DNA of 63,244 bases, filler included, from Chiloscyllium plagiosum (GCF_004010195.1; 4 parts of one record of this genome joined end to end with filler, not necessarily neighbours in it), one strand, 5' to 3'. Shown: positions 1 to 13,159, counted from the whole stretch's first letter. Made by a program: numbers and translations. Notes: generated by a model from the sequence alone, not told the origin.

Positions 1-484
1 CCACTCCACCAAGGATATGCAGGTCTTTGGGCTCCTCCATCGCCAGACCACAACAACACGACGGTTGGAAGAAGAGCGCCTCATCTTCCGCCTAGGAACC
101 CTCCAACCACAAGGGATGAACTCGGATTTCACCAGTTTCCTCATTTCCCCTCCCCCCACCTTGTCTCAGTCAAATCCATCGAATTCAGCACCGCCTTCCT
201 AACCTGCAATCTTCTTCCTGACCTCTCCGCCCCCACCCCAGTCTGACCTATCACCCTCACCTTGACCTCTTTCCACCTATCACATTTCTGACGCCCCTCC
301 CCCAAGTCCCTCCTCCCTACCTTTTTTCTTAGCCTGCTGGACAAACTTTCCTCATTCCTGAAGAAGGGCTTATGCCGAAACGTCGATTCTCCTGTTCCCT
401 GGATGCTGCCTGACCTGCCACGCTTCTCCAGCAACACATTTTCAGCTCTGATCTCCAGCATCTGCAGAACTCACTTTCTCCTCA
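1..484 (+). mobile_element. Penelope-like element (PLE) 3' end: GIY-YIG endonuclease C-terminus plus pLTR with hammerhead motif
   Basis: ORF 17..202 ends RRLEEERLIFRLGTLQPQGMN, typical of the PLE endonuclease C-terminus. It is followed by a C-rich UTR, CTGAAGA(358)-agggcttatgcc-GAAA(377)-CGTC and the tail gatgctgcctgacctg...ccagcatctgcag shared with other copies in the window. Confidence 0.85.
352..390 (+). ncRNA. Minimal type I hammerhead ribozyme motif
   Basis: CTGAAGA 358-364, GGC/GCC stem II, GAAA 377-380, palindromic ACGT stem III, GUC cleavage triplet. Helix I is weak. Confidence 0.7.
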
Positions 485-573
485 AAGATTGACAAAGCAT
501 TAACTACCAGCCCCTAAAGCAGGGTATATGAAAAAGTGCTCTGAATCAAGAGGTAGTCCTCATCATTAGTCAG

Positions 574-1503
574 GAGGTACAGTTAGTAAGTTTGCAGGTG
601 ACACCAAAATTGGAGGTGTGGTGGACAGCGAAGAAGGTTACCTCGGATTACAACGGGATCTTGATCCGATGAGCCAATTGACTGAGGAGCGGCAGATGAA
701 GGTTAATTTAGATAAGTGTGAGGTTTTGCATTTTGTGAAGGCAGGATGTATACACTTAATGGTAAGGTCCTGGGGAGTATTGCTGAACAAAGAGACCTTG
801 GAGTGCAGGTTCATAGCTCCTTGAAAGTAGAGTCACAGGTAGGTAGGATAGTGAAGAAGGCTTTTGGTATGCTTTCCTTTATTGGTCAGATTTTAGAATG
901 TAGGAGTTGGGAGGTCATGTTGCAGCTGTACAGGACATTGGTTAGGCCACTTTTGGAATATTGCATGCAGTTCTGGTCTCCTTTCTATCAGAAGGATGTT
1001 GTGAAATTTGAAAGGCTTCAGAAATGATTTACAAGGATGTTGTCAGGGTTGGAGGATTTGAGCTATAGGGAGAGGTTGAATAGACTAGGGCTGTTTTCCC
1101 TGGAGCGTCAGAGGCTGAGGAGTGATCTTATAGAGGTTTATAAAATCATGAGGGGCATGGATAGGGTAATTAGACAAGGTCTTTTCCCTGTGGTGGGAGA
1201 GTCCAAAACTAGAGGGCATAGGTATAGGATGAGAGGGGAAAGATACAAAAGAGACCTAAGGGGCAACGTTTTCACACAGAGAGTGGTGCATATATGGAAT
1301 GAGCTGCTAGAGGAAATGGTGGAGGCTGGTACAAATACAAAATTTTAAAAGCATCTGGATGGGTATATGAATAGGAAGGGTTTGGAGGGATATGGCCCGG
1401 GTGCTGGCATGTGAGGTTGGATTGTTTTGGGATACCTGGTCAGTGTGGACGAGTTGGACCAAAGGATCTGTCTCCATGCTGTACATCTCTATGGCTCGAT
1501 GAC
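574..1503 (+). mobile_element. CR1/HER1 LINE 3' part (RT C-terminus and 3' UTR), decayed
   Basis: Fragments LYRTLVRPLLEYCMQFWSP and ERLNRLGLFSLERQRLRSDLIEVYKIMRG; the 3' UTR ends in a ctctatg-type tail. Confidence 0.92.
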
Positions 1504-2999
1504 TCACCAGGCAGCTGTCTACTTCAGATGGAAGATAGACCAAAAGAGGAGGAAGAAGGCCCAGGGAAGAGTTCCCTAAAGCTTCAGCTGGAGAGCAGTA
1601 TGTTGCCTTCACAACTTAAATGAAATCACCCCTCTCTGCACCAACTATCCATTCATCTTCCAGCATCAGTGAATGATCTTCAGTTGTCATGCATTGTATT
1701 TATTTGTTTAATTAAACAATGTATCATACCTAAACTGCTGCTTCTGAACAAATTTAACATACTATTTTAAAATTCATTACGAATGGTTGAGTGTCTACAT
1801 TAAGCAAGTGCTGAATCATAACATCTTACAAGGCCTGGTGGTTACCAGATTACTTAAATCATTGTTTTTGAATTGCTCTCTAAATCAGAAAGGAAAGATG
1901 TCAGTAATATAAAACATATTCCATGTTTTGAAAGTAACATGATAAAAATCATTGTTTTTCTGAATTGAAACCGTGATGAATAAAGGTCACAAATAATTAA
2001 GATTTACCAAACAGTCACCACTTTCCTCTAAGAATGCAGTTTGTATTAGGCAACAGTATCACTCATACAACTACCACGCTAGTGCAAATTGATGGTTCCA
2101 GATATACCATAATCAATATTACAAAGATACATAGTGTAACAGATATGATAATTTAAAGACCTGCTGTTTTAGGATGTTCAAGCTCAGTTAGCTGTTTAGA
2201 GTTTCCAATAACAATTTCACACTTGTGCGAAAGTCAAGGTTTTGAGACAAAACTTCTTAACAAAAAGTAGATGTAGGTATTTACAAGTGCACTACTTTTG
2301 AGGGTTTAAATCCATGCTGGATTATCAGAACCGTTTGCTGAGTGACATTGAATTTGTACATTTCATGACAAAAGAATTGAGAAGATAACACATTAGGCTA
2401 TTCCCAACAACCCTATACTGGGTACATCATAAATGAAACATTTTGTAGCCAAATTCTCAGGTCAACTATTACTAGTTGTTTTTGCTCAATATAACAGGTC
2501 TGTTTTAGCTGTTTATTATAAAAAGACGCACTATCATGTAACAGGCATAGTGAACATGATGGGAATTTTTCATAAAAATGCTATATATTTGTGGTATACA
2601 TCCACCTAAATTTATTCTTTTGTTCTTATTTATCTAAAATGTAACAAAGCCAATTACATCAGAATGAGTGGGCAAATGGTCTAAAAGGTAGGTTGACAAA
2701 TGTATTGTGGGAAATATTTAACCAAACATTTGAAAACATTCAACAAAAAAAAAATGAAATCTAAAAACTGAGCAAGACAGACCCATCTGTACCTTAGTAA
2801 GTGAGTTAAGGATTGTAATAGATTAAAATAAGTGGCTTCCAATTTTGCAAAGAATAGTGGAAAGATGGAGAATTTGGAACATTTTAGAAATCAATATTGG
2901 CTATCAAAATATCGATGAAAGGAAAGAAAAAAATCAAATATTCTATAAAAATACAGTATTAAGCTAGTAAAAGAAAGAAAATCAGATTGAAACATTCAT

Positions 3000-3240
3000 T
3001 AAAATTATATAAGAATCACAAGACTATTTTAAGAAAACATTGGTTCCTTAAAGGCAAAGAAAGGAGAGGTTACCAAGGAAAGTAAGGTAATGACAGAGAA
3101 ATTGAACAAATAGTTTGTGTCTGTCTTCACAATTAAGCTTTTGAATGGCAGGCAATTTAGTCAAGTTGATGCCAAAGATTAAAGGACAGGCTTGAGGCAG
3201 CAGCTAGTCTACTCCTGCTCCTATTTGTTCTTACGTTTAT
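3000..3240 (+). mobile_element. Old degraded CR1 fragments
   Basis: ttgaacaaatagtttgtgtctgtcttcaca resembles CR1 ORF2 (LNKxFVSVFT); ctactcctgctcctatt...cttacgt resembles a CR1 3' end. Confidence 0.5.
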
Positions 3241-3764
3241 CCATTACACAAGATAGACTAAAATAAAATTCCTAACTCAAGGTTCTACAAATATAACAAA
3301 TGAATGTTGGCATGCTTGACATTAGTGTCATGTAACAGCTTTTACATCAAATCATGACAACATTGTTCTCTTTCCAGCTGGATTAAATGGGGCAAATGAT
3401 ACGATTGGCTATGTTGGAACCAGCAAGTGTTGAGCAGGAGAAATATTAAACAACTGGCAGATTTTAGATTTATTTATTCCCTAATTAACTGAATGTTGTT
3501 CTACCATCTTTAAAGATTTAATGAATTTGGGATTAAAAGCAGACCTCAGCCAAACTGTTGCTTTCTGTCTGCTAGCCTGTACAGTATTACTGGAGGCTGC
3601 AAATAAAGCCTACATCTCTGGGGCTGTTGGACAATTATGGACATCAAACCTGACCTGTAGTCGTGGCCATTCAGGTCTTCCTGTCCAGGTTCACATCCAG
3701 TGGATTACAATTCTCATCCTCTCTGATCTCAGACAAATGCCTGAACATTTCAGTTTCAGGGTAA

Positions 3765-3965
3765 TGAAAGCAGGCAGTGGTAGAGCCCTGTCTCTGGACC
3801 AGAAAGCATTGGTTTGGGTCCCACCTGCTTCAGATGTGTGTCAAGAAATGTCTGAACAAGTTAATAAAGAACATCGACAGGCTTGTTGCATGATGGTAGT
3901 ATCTCCGATTGAGATGGTCTGGGTTCAAGTCCCACCTATCCTAGATAGGCAGTACAGAGCAACTT
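3765..3965 (+). mobile_element. Degenerate tRNA-derived SINE head(s)
   Basis: Two A/B-box-like units: ggcagtggtagagc...ggtttgggtccc and gatggtagtatc...gggttcaagtccc. Confidence 0.4.
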
Positions 3966-3984
3966 TACTAGCACCATGACATGT

Positions 3985-4078
3985 ATGGAGGTGACTGTCT
4001 TATGAAGAGATATTGAGTAGATTAGAACTGTACCTATCAGAATATGAAGAACAAGAAATATACAAGATTCTTAGAGAG
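3985..4078 (+). mobile_element. CR1 fragment, left half, split by the Gypsy insertion
   Basis: tcttatgaagagatattgagtagattaga...tacaagattcttagagag continues at ~10432 as gcttggcagggtaggtacagacagtttgtttcccct. Confidence 0.7.
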
Positions 4079-4754
4079 TGTTATAAAGTTGAAGGCAATG
4101 TACTTTTAAGAGAGAGTAAATACTGTTTTGCACTGAAAGCTGACAAGCACCTGTCATATAACAAACTAGCAATCTCACAATGTAATGGAAAATTGAAAAT
4201 ATGTAACATTAGCTGTGAAATAGACACCTGAGTTGGTTGCTGTTTTGACAATAGTTCAACTTTAACCAATCAGTTTAAATTATGCCCCAGCATACTAAAA
4301 CCCAATCGAGTTTGAATTTATTGTTTTTGCCAACATCAAACCAATGAGACAATCCGATGTTGGAGGGATAAAAAAGGTCAGCATTTTGAAAGTCAGACAG
4401 AGTAACTGTCATCGAGAAAGACTGCCATTCAAAAACGTTCTCTATCAAAGGCTGCTGTAGAGTTTTGAAATTAAGTTGATGTAACTTTAATAATTTTTTT
4501 TATACATTGGAATATTATATTGTTATTGAGTTGGAGGCAGATAATAAGCAGTTAAGAGAAAGGAAAGCTTAGAGTTTGATTAGTTATTGTTTAATATTCA
4601 CCTTTAGAGTTAAGAAATAAATTGATATCATTTTTGTTAAGTATTAATGGAATTTGGGAGTTCTCTGTCACTCATATTGTAACAGATTATGAGACGAGGT
4701 GAGCTTTTCTGGGTGTGGTTTAATTAGCAGAGGGTTCACTACCGTGTTGTAACA
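4079..4754 (+). repeat. 5' LTR (TG...CA)
   Basis: Starts tgttataaagttgaagg and ends gtgttgtaaca; aligns by eye with 9681-10431; AATAAA near 4616. Confidence 0.88.
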
Positions 4755-4757
4755 GAT

Positions 4758-4777
4758 TGGGGGCTCGGGTCCATGAT
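4758..4777 (+). promoter_or_regulatory. Primer binding site, degenerate tRNA-Pro type
   Basis: tgggggctcgggtccatgat, 3 nt after the LTR, resembles the tRNA-Pro PBS TGGGGGCTCGTCCGGGAT. Confidence 0.75.
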
Positions 4778-4959
4778 TTGGACAGGTTTAGACTGATCCA
4801 GTCTGAAATTTGGACTGATTTGAACAGATTTGGGGTCCAAAACATCCTAGCAGATTTAAACATTTGCCGATTCGTGTCCTAGCTCTTTAAATAAAATGTA
4901 GGCGAAACAATGTGTTCAATTTCGGTTTCTTGTGGTTAGTTAAATTAAAAGTGAGAAAA

Positions 4960-6212
4960 ATGGCTCTTAAGATTGCTAAAGAGTTTGATGATGATTCCCA
5001 AATTTGCCAAGAAAGTTTAAAAAGACAGAAAAAGGCCATACTTTTAGAATTAGTAAATAGGTTAGAATTGGGTCTAACCAGGGACAAAAGTAAAGCTGGA
5101 ATTGTCAGGGAGTTAGTCAAGATTTATCAGAGAAACAGACAAGTGCAGTCAAGTTATAAAACCTTAAATTATGATCGAGTTAAATTTGAAAGAAAGGGAA
5201 AGAAGACCCATGAGAGAAGAGAGACAGAGGAAAAGGAAAGAGAGAAGGTTTTGAGCTGAGCAAAGAGAAAGAGAAGAAAGCGAAAGAGAAAGGGGGAGAG
5301 AATTTGAATTTCCAAAGTTGCAAATTAGTCAGGAAAGTCAAATTAACAGGATGGAGATGAAGAGAGAAGGTATGATATATACAAATATGTTAAAATGTTT
5401 CCACATTTTGATGAGAAAGTATTCAAAGCCTTCTTTACTTCATTTGAAAAATTGGTTATGCAGATGGAGTGGCCAGAGAACTTGTGGGTAATGGTAGTTC
5501 AGACTAATCTGGTAGGCAGAGCAAGTGAGGTTATTGCAATGCTGTCATATGAGGTGTCAAGAGATTATGCAGATGTCCGACAGGCTGTTTTGATGTTTAT
5601 GAATTGGTACCAGAAGCATATAGACAGCAGTTCAGAAACATAAAGAAGGAAACAGGTCAGACTTATGTTGAGTTCAAAAGAATTAAACATAGTAATTTTG
5701 ATAAATGGGTGCTGGCCTTAAAAATAGATAAGACCGCCGAGGCTCTGAGAGAGGTTACTCTGCTGGAGGAGTTTAAAAAGTCACTTCAGGAGATTATAAG
5801 AATTCATGTGGATGAACAGAAAGTTCAAGAAGTGCGAAGAGTGGCAGAGATGGCAGATGAATATACATTGGTGCATAAGGCAAAATTTAGCTTCCTGCAA
5901 GAATTTCACCCTGTGAGGGATAGAAATTGGGAGAAGGGGAGATCCTATACTACAAAGCAAAGAGTAGAGCACACTGGTAATTGTTTACCGCAGGTTAAAA
6001 AAGAAGCCCAAGAGGGTGAAAGGGAAATAAAAGGCCTCAGGTGTTTTCACTGTGGTAAAGAGGGACACGTAAAGTCACAGTGCTGTTCGTTAAAGAAAGG
6101 CACTGTGGGAAAAGATGTGGTAAAAGAAAAAGGCTCAGCCAATGGCATTAGTGAAAATAGTAAAGGAAACCCCAAGAGAAGTCAAGGAGCTGCAGGAGAG
6201 TGCACAGCCTAA
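4960..6212 (+). pseudogene. gag: Gypsy gag (coiled coil, capsid/SCAN-like region, CCHC zinc knuckle), frameshifted
   Basis: ORFs 4912-5259, 5395-5643 and 5604-6212; motifs PEAYRQQFR...LLEEF and CFHCGKEGHVKSQC. Confidence 0.85.
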
Positions 6213-9200
6213 GCAGGGGCTGGGTATGGAGTTAGTGCCTGATTGCTGTAAAGACTTCACCTCTGTGGGTAAATTTTACTCAAAAAGAACAATGGGAGAA
6301 GAGAAAGAAGTTATAATTTTGAGAGATACAGGACCTAATCAGTCTCTAATAGTAAGAGATAAACATATTTGCACTCTTTCTCATCTGTTACCCGAGAGTG
6401 TGGTAATTTGTGGGATAGACGGACAGAAATTTAACATTCCCCTTTGTAAGATCAACTCAAGACTGGGGAAGTAACAGTGGGAGTGATTGACAGAGTGTCA
6501 GTTCCAGGAATACAGTTTGTTCTTGGGAACGATTTGTCAGGATCCAAGGTGGAAGTGACACCCCTTGTTGTGGAGAAGCCAAAGGAAGACAAAGAAACTG
6601 AGGAGTTAAAAAAAAAACACCCTGGAATTTTTCCAGACTATGTCATAACAAAATCCTAATACCATAAGTCACAGCACGAAGCAAAACTAAAGAGAAAGAT
6701 GAAGGAGTTGAGGTGCAGTTAGGGGACAGCCTGTTTGGTGTAATGGTGCAGGAAAAACCTGAACAGACAGAGGGTCAGGCAGAAGTGTTTAGTCCTGAAA
6801 GGCTAATGGACTTGCAACAGAAAAACAAGACAATAAAAGATATATATATTGACACATACTCAGAAAACAAGTCAGAATGTATTCCTGAGGGTTATTATCT
6901 TAAAGATAGAATTCTGTGAGGGAAATGGAGACCACAGAAGGTTAGTGCAGAGGAGAAATGGGTGGGGATGCACCAGATTATGTTGCCGGTAGCATACAGA
7001 TGGGAAGTGTTACTGGTAGCACATGAACTACCAGTAGGAGGTCACCTAGGTGTAAGGAAGTATTTCTATTGGCCTGGAATGCACAAGGATGTGGTTAACT
7101 TTTGCCATATGTGTCATACATGCCAAATGGTAGGGACACCATGGGCATTAATAAAATAAATACTTTTGTTGCCAATTCCTACATTCGAAGAAACTTTCAC
7201 ACAGGTTATGATTGATTGTGTAGGTCCCCTTCCTAAAACTAAAAGTGGAACCTAGTATTTGCTAACCATAATGTCTTCCAGATTTCTGGAGGCAATTTCA
7301 TTATGGAGTATTAAGGCAAAAAGGGTGGTAAAGGCATTAGTAGCTTTCTTTACAAGGTATGGGCTACCCAGAAAGATTCATTCAGACCATAGGTCTAATT
7401 TTACTGCTGAGCTATTTAAGGAAGACATGGATAGCTTTAAATCAAGTGCATATGATTCAGAATCGCAGGGTGCTTTGAAAAGGTGGTATCAGATCCCGAA
7501 GACTTGTTAAGAGCATACTGTCAGGATTATCCGAATGATTGAGATAAAGTTATTCCATTCTATTGCTTGCCATTAGAGATGCTCCAAATGAACCTACTCA
7601 GCTTACTCCCTTGAATTAATGTTCAGACTTGAACTGAGAGAGCTATGAAATTAATTAAAGAGAAACCGACAAGACCAAAGTCGGAGATCTCACACTTAGG
7701 TTATATATCCAAGGTGAGGGCGAGATTAAATCAGGTAGGTGAATCAGCTTAATAGCACCTGAAAAGGGCACAGCATAGAATGAAGCAGGTGGCAGATAAA
7801 ACCCCTAAATTCAGACGTTTTCCCGTGGAGATGACATATTAGTACTGTTACCAGTGTTAGGAAATCCTTTCAAAGCCAGATTTAATGGTCCCTATCAAAC
7901 TGAGAAAACATTTAGTCAGGTAAACTATCTGATAAAGATGCAGGCTAGAAAAAGAAAAACTGTAACAGGTATGTCATATGAATATGTTGAAACCTTATTA
8001 TAATAGTGAGCGAGAACTGGAGAAACAGGTGTGAATTACTACTCCACAGAGTGAGGAATCAAGTTGAGATGTCATGGAGTTTGATGTGCCTCAAAGTACG
8101 TTAAACCATGAGGAAGTCCCTGAAGAGTGGGATAGTTTAGTGATCTATCTGCCTCAGGAACAAAGAACTCAGTTGAAGGGGACGTTGCAGTAGTATGCGG
8201 ACATACATAGAAATAAGTACTGTTTTTCATGAGGTGGTGGTAGAGAATGCTGTTCCGATAAAATAACACCCCTACAGACTTAATCCTTTCAAAGCCACAC
8301 AGATACAGAAGGAAATGGATGCAATGCTCAATATGGGTATCATCAAACCAAGTCAGAGTGAGTGGAGTTCGTCGATCATGTTAGTTCCCAAACTTGATGG
8401 GAATTCAATAATTTTGTGTGGAGTATCAGAAGGTCAACACCATAACAAAATTGGACTTATTCCCAATATCAAGATTAGATGATTTTATACAGAAAGTTGG
8501 ACAAGCCAGTTACATAACAATGTAGGACATACTGGTTATTAGAAGGTCCTTTATCAGAGAAAGTGAAGAAGCTTCTTCATTTGTAACCACAAATGAGCTA
8601 GATCAATTCAAAGTAATGCCTTTTGGAATGAAGAATGAATCAGCCACATCCCAAAGACACATGAACAGAGTTGTGGATGGGGTAACAAACTGTGTAGTTT
8701 ATCTGGATAGTGTAGTGATCTTCAGCAAGTCATAGAAAGATCACATGGTACAGTTCACAGAGCTCTTTGAATGATTACGAGAAGCAATATAATATTCAAG
8801 AAATTAGATAATAAAATTAACAAAATTAGAATTCATCAAGGCAGAGGTGACGTTCATGGGACATAAGATCAGTCATGCAAGGCTGACCCCAAGGAACACC
8901 AAAATGAAGGCCATTGAAGAATTTCCACAACCAACCTCGAAGAAAAAGGTGTTTTGATTTTTGGGACTGAGCGGTTTCTACCAGAAGTTTATTCCAAACT
9001 TCAGCAGCATACTGGTACCACTGACAGATTTACTAAAGAAGAACACTGAATTTCAGAGGGCAGAACAATGCCAGGAGGCATTTGACAATTTAAAAGTAGT
9101 ATTAAACATCGCATCTGTTTTAGGTGCACCAAATGTTTCAATTAATGCTGACAATAGAGTAGTTGGAACTTTCCTGCTACAGGATGATGATGGTGGAATT

Positions 9201-9497
9201 GAATGGCCAATTGGCTACTTTTCAAAGAAACTCAATACTCAATAGAGAAGATATTCTACTATTCAAAAGGAATTGTTGAGTTTGGTAGTGGCTTGACAAC
9301 ATTTTAGTATTTATGTGACAAACAATATGTCGGAGAGAGTTGTATACATGGATCACAATCCTCATACATTCTTGGAATGATTTGAAGTCAAGAATCTCAG
9401 GCTATTTTGGAGACGTCTTATGTTACAGACATTTAATTTCCAAATTGTACATGTTGCAGGTAAAAATGTGATAGCAGATGTGTTATTACAGATTTAA
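6142..9497 (+). pseudogene. pol: Gypsy pol: protease-integrase-RT-RNase H, disrupted
   Basis: ILRDTG (PR); AHELPVGGHLG...CHMCHTCQ, IDCVGPLP, FFTRYGLP..IHSD and GPY (INT); QFKVMPFGMKN and YLD (RT); GLSGFYQKFIPNFS and WPIGYFSKKL (RT/RH). Confidence 0.88.
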
Positions 9498-9680
9498 TGG
9501 ATAAAGTATAGATAATATTGAGCAGATACCAATTTTATATATACACACATATATGTGAGCAGATACTAATATGAACTTTGATTAATGTCCTATGTATTTC
9601 ATTGTAATGGGGTTAAGAACTAGGATAAAGAAACCATCTTTTCATTATAGCGGTTCATTTTTTTTTCTTAAGCAAGGAAA

Positions 9681-10431
9681 TGTTTTGAAGTTGAAGGTGT
9701 GTATTGTACCTTTAACAGAGAGTGAATGCTGTTTTGTACTGAGAGCTGACAATATAACTAACTGGCAGTCTCAGAGTGTACTGGAAAATTGAAAATATGT
9801 AACATTTAGCTGTGAAATAGATACCTGCATTGGTTGCTGTTTTGACAACAATTCAAATTTAATTGATCAGTTTAAATAATACCCCACGATACTAAAATCC
9901 AATCAAGTTTGAATTTATTGTTTATACCAACATTGAACCAATGAGACAATCCAATGTTGGGGATAAAAAAGGCAGGCATGTTGAAAGTCAGGCAGAGTAA
10001 CTGCCATCGAGAAAGACTGCCATTCAAAAACACTCTATCAAAGATATCTTTATCATACGAAAATTATTCACAGTAAAAGAAAGAAGATAACCCAGGGAGA
10101 TCTCCAGCCAGAAGAAGACAAACACTGATGACAACAGCTGCCGTGTGGTTTTGAAATTAAGTTGATGTAATTTCAATAAGTCTTTTTTATTGTAACAGTA
10201 TATTGTTATAAAGTTGGAGGTAGATAATAAGCAGTTAAGAGAAAGGGGACGGGGGCTTAGATTTGTGATTAGCTTTTTTTTAATGTTCATTTTTAGAGTT
10301 ACGGAATAAATTGATAATATTTCCTTAAATAGTGAAATTTGGGATTTCTCTGTTACTCATACTTTAACAGACAATGAGGCAGGGTGAGCTTTGTTGGGTG
10401 TTTGGTGTAAATAGCAGAAGGATTACCAGCA
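9681..10431 (+). repeat. 3' LTR, preceded by purine tract aagcaaggaaa (9670-9680); terminal bases appear lost
   Basis: Similar to the 5' LTR, with an extra ~90 bp (about 10045-10135) absent from the 5' copy. Confidence 0.85.
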
Positions 10432-10760
10432 GCTTGGCAGGGTAGGTACAGACAGTTTGTTTCCCCTATGGGACCAGAGGGCATAATTTCAGAATAAGGG
10501 GAATAGGACAGATATGAGGAGGACTTTCTTCTCTTGGAGGAGAGTGAATCTATGGAATTCTTTACCACAAAGTGCAGTGAGGCTCTGTCAGTCATTAAAT
10601 ATATTCAAAGCTGGGATAGGTAGATTTTGTAATCCGTAAGGGAATCAAGAGTTTTGGGGAAAACGCCAGAAAGTGGAGTTGAGAATTATGAAATCCACCA
10701 TGATCTCACTGAATAGCAGAGCTGAATGGCCCACTTCTGTTCCTGGGTCTTATGGTCTCA
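10432..10760 (+). mobile_element. CR1 3' end, right half of the element split by the Gypsy insertion
   Basis: gtgaatctatggaattc...ctgaatggcccacttctgttcctgggtcttatggtct tail. Confidence 0.75.
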
Positions 10761-13029
10761 GTATGTCACAAGTATGACAGGCACTTGGCTTGTCAGTAAC
10801 CCCACTGAGAGAGATGGGCACGACTACTGCATGCGAAAGAGCATGAAGGTACCCAATGATGGAGGCAATCTCGAAATATCCGATCATATGTGAAAAAGAT
10901 TATTTGTTCATACAGCTGCCAGACCAACATTCTGGAAGAGTACCCTATCACATGATATACTGCTGTAGCTGTGATGAAGTGGCTCTGGTGGGGTTTTGAG
11001 GTGGTGTAAGCATAAAGCTCATGGCACCCCTTCTCTCCCCAGCCCCCAGCCTACTTGCTAGCAAAACATTTCAAGGCATTTGCTGCAGAGCGTTCCTTTG
11101 AGGATGTGACAGAAACTCATTGACAACTATAATAAGCAAATAAGAGAAGTCTTACAATAAATGAACTTTTGCTAGGTAAGAGAGATAAAAGTGTTTTAAT
11201 GCAAAGGGATTGTGTTCAAAATTGAAGTTGCTAAGAAAATAAATATGTCATAATGCTCCTTTAATGATTAATTAAGTGAGTGTGACATATAAAAACAGTA
11301 AGTCAATGGACTAGTGAAATAACACTCATATCTGCCTGTTCAAACTGAAGATATCTCCATATGTTGCATCTTTAGCATCTGTATATTCAATATGTTTTAA
11401 CAGTTCAATTAAACTGATGCAGCAAGCTTCTATTGCTCATTCATTGTTACATTAGCATTTAAAAATTAATGCCCTGTGGTTTTGTAACATTAATTAAGTG
11501 GTAAAAGTCATTATGGAAGTGGAGTAGAATGTCAGGCAATAAAAGATGACTGCAGTGGTTAAATGCCAAGATTTTTATATTGTCGCATGAATGGCCATTA
11601 TGTTGAGTACATTGACTCATTATGCAGTACACTGAAATGATTTCATACCAGCAAAAGACACATTAAAGCTTCATGGTCAATGGCTCTTGATTCTATTTGT
11701 TTTACTTGCAATTATCACTCAATCTTTTTTCTGCCTGTTGCTAGGACAAAGAAAATCTGTATTGGTGCACTATAACCATCTAATTGAGCTATATATTAAG
11801 GACAAGTTGCCATAGATATGTCAGGAATTTTATTTCACATTGTCTTGGCTGTGATACATCATATCAAGTTGATACTGAGATAGATACAGTGATTGCAATG
11901 AGGTCAGCCAGATGGACCTTATTGAATATGAGTTCCCTGACTGGGGCTTTAAACTTCGTCCAATCAGGGAGCCCTAACTGACAGATATAAACAGCAGTGT
12001 AGTGTTGATTCTGAGAGCTGGCTTTGACGAAGCTGGAACAGCGTCAAGTGCTATGCACATATATAAAGGGTGACTTGGAGATAGGATACCACCGTCTGTG
12101 GACTTATTTCTTTGGATGATGCAAAAATGGTACCAACATTTAGTCTGTTGTACCATTGTCAGATTCTGCCAACTTCCATGGTGGTTGTGAAAATGAATTT
12201 CATCTGCGTGAGCACATTTATGTAATTGGACCTTACGTTCTGTCATCCTGAAGTTTTTGCAGGAGAGGGAACATTGAGAGACATGTGATGCTGATCAATT
12301 CTGTAAGAAGCAGAGTCAAAAGTATTGAAAAAGATATGTATGATTTTAAAAAGTGGAAGCTGTAATGAAAATCTACAACATTGTAATGACATTTTTAATT
12401 ACAATAATATTATCTTATCATATCACAAATCGTTATGTATTGATCAATTTGAAAATGCAAATATTTTCCTTTATTTCTAAATCATTCACACATGCCAGCT
12501 ACAACAATGTAAGCCAAATTGTGTCTGAGCATGACCCATACACTTCCTTGGTATTCCAACTCCAATCCCAACTCCCCCACGCTGTAACTAATTGGTAACC
12601 AATTAGCCATCACTTTGAAAACATTCCAATCAGACTCCATTTTGAATCAGGGCTGCGGCTGAGAAATGAACCTCCTATCTAATTCCTGTCTCCTCCATGA
12701 AAATCAGTCCCTGAGTTTGTCAATTGAAGTTAAAGCTGCAGTTTTCATTCTGTAACCTTGGAACTCGTACAAAAATGTCCAATTCATTATTTGAGAAATC
12801 AACAAAAAGCAAATTATTTTGGTAAAAGAAAGTTTATGTCAATAAAGATCTCACTAATTTTAAACTTGATGCAAATGCAACTATTACTATATTGTCAGAT
12901 GGAATACCATGGGTGCGAAAAGACTGCTTACAGCTGGCAACAATGAAACTACATAGTTCAAGTGATATATCGCTGAAGACTGAACATATGCTACAAATAT
13001 CTCACGAAAGAAGCCAAAAAGAACTGATC

Positions 13030-13143
13030 TCAGTTCAATGAAGTGTCACTGAACTTGAAACGTTAACTCTGTTTTCTCCCCATAGATGCTGCCAGACCTG
13101 CTGAGTTTCTCCAGCAATTTATAGGTTATTTTTCAGACCTCCA
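13030..13143 (+). mobile_element. Old Penelope-derived pLTR fragment with decayed hammerhead
   Basis: caatgaagtgtcactgaacttGAAACGTTaactctg...gatgctgccagacctgctgagtttctccagc resembles the other pLTR tails; the CTGANGA box has decayed. Confidence 0.6.
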
Positions 13144-13159
13144 TTGGCTATTGGTTCAG

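Larger units (their letters stand above)
4079..10431 (+). mobile_element. Ty3/Gypsy LTR retrotransposon, Gmr1-like (integrase before RT), near full length, decayed
   Basis: Two similar LTRs, PBS and PPT. Gag has a CCHC knuckle, protease ILRDTG, integrase at ~6960-8000, then RT at ~8250-8950 and RNase H at ~9100-9495. Many stops and frameshifts. Confidence 0.93.

Noticed and set aside
3521..3979. 152-aa ORF as a host gene
   Set aside because: No recognisable domain; it overlaps SINE-like heads.
4079..10431. Endogenous retrovirus or Copia element
   Set aside because: No env between RNase H and the 3' LTR, and RT/INT motifs are Gypsy-type despite the Copia-like order.
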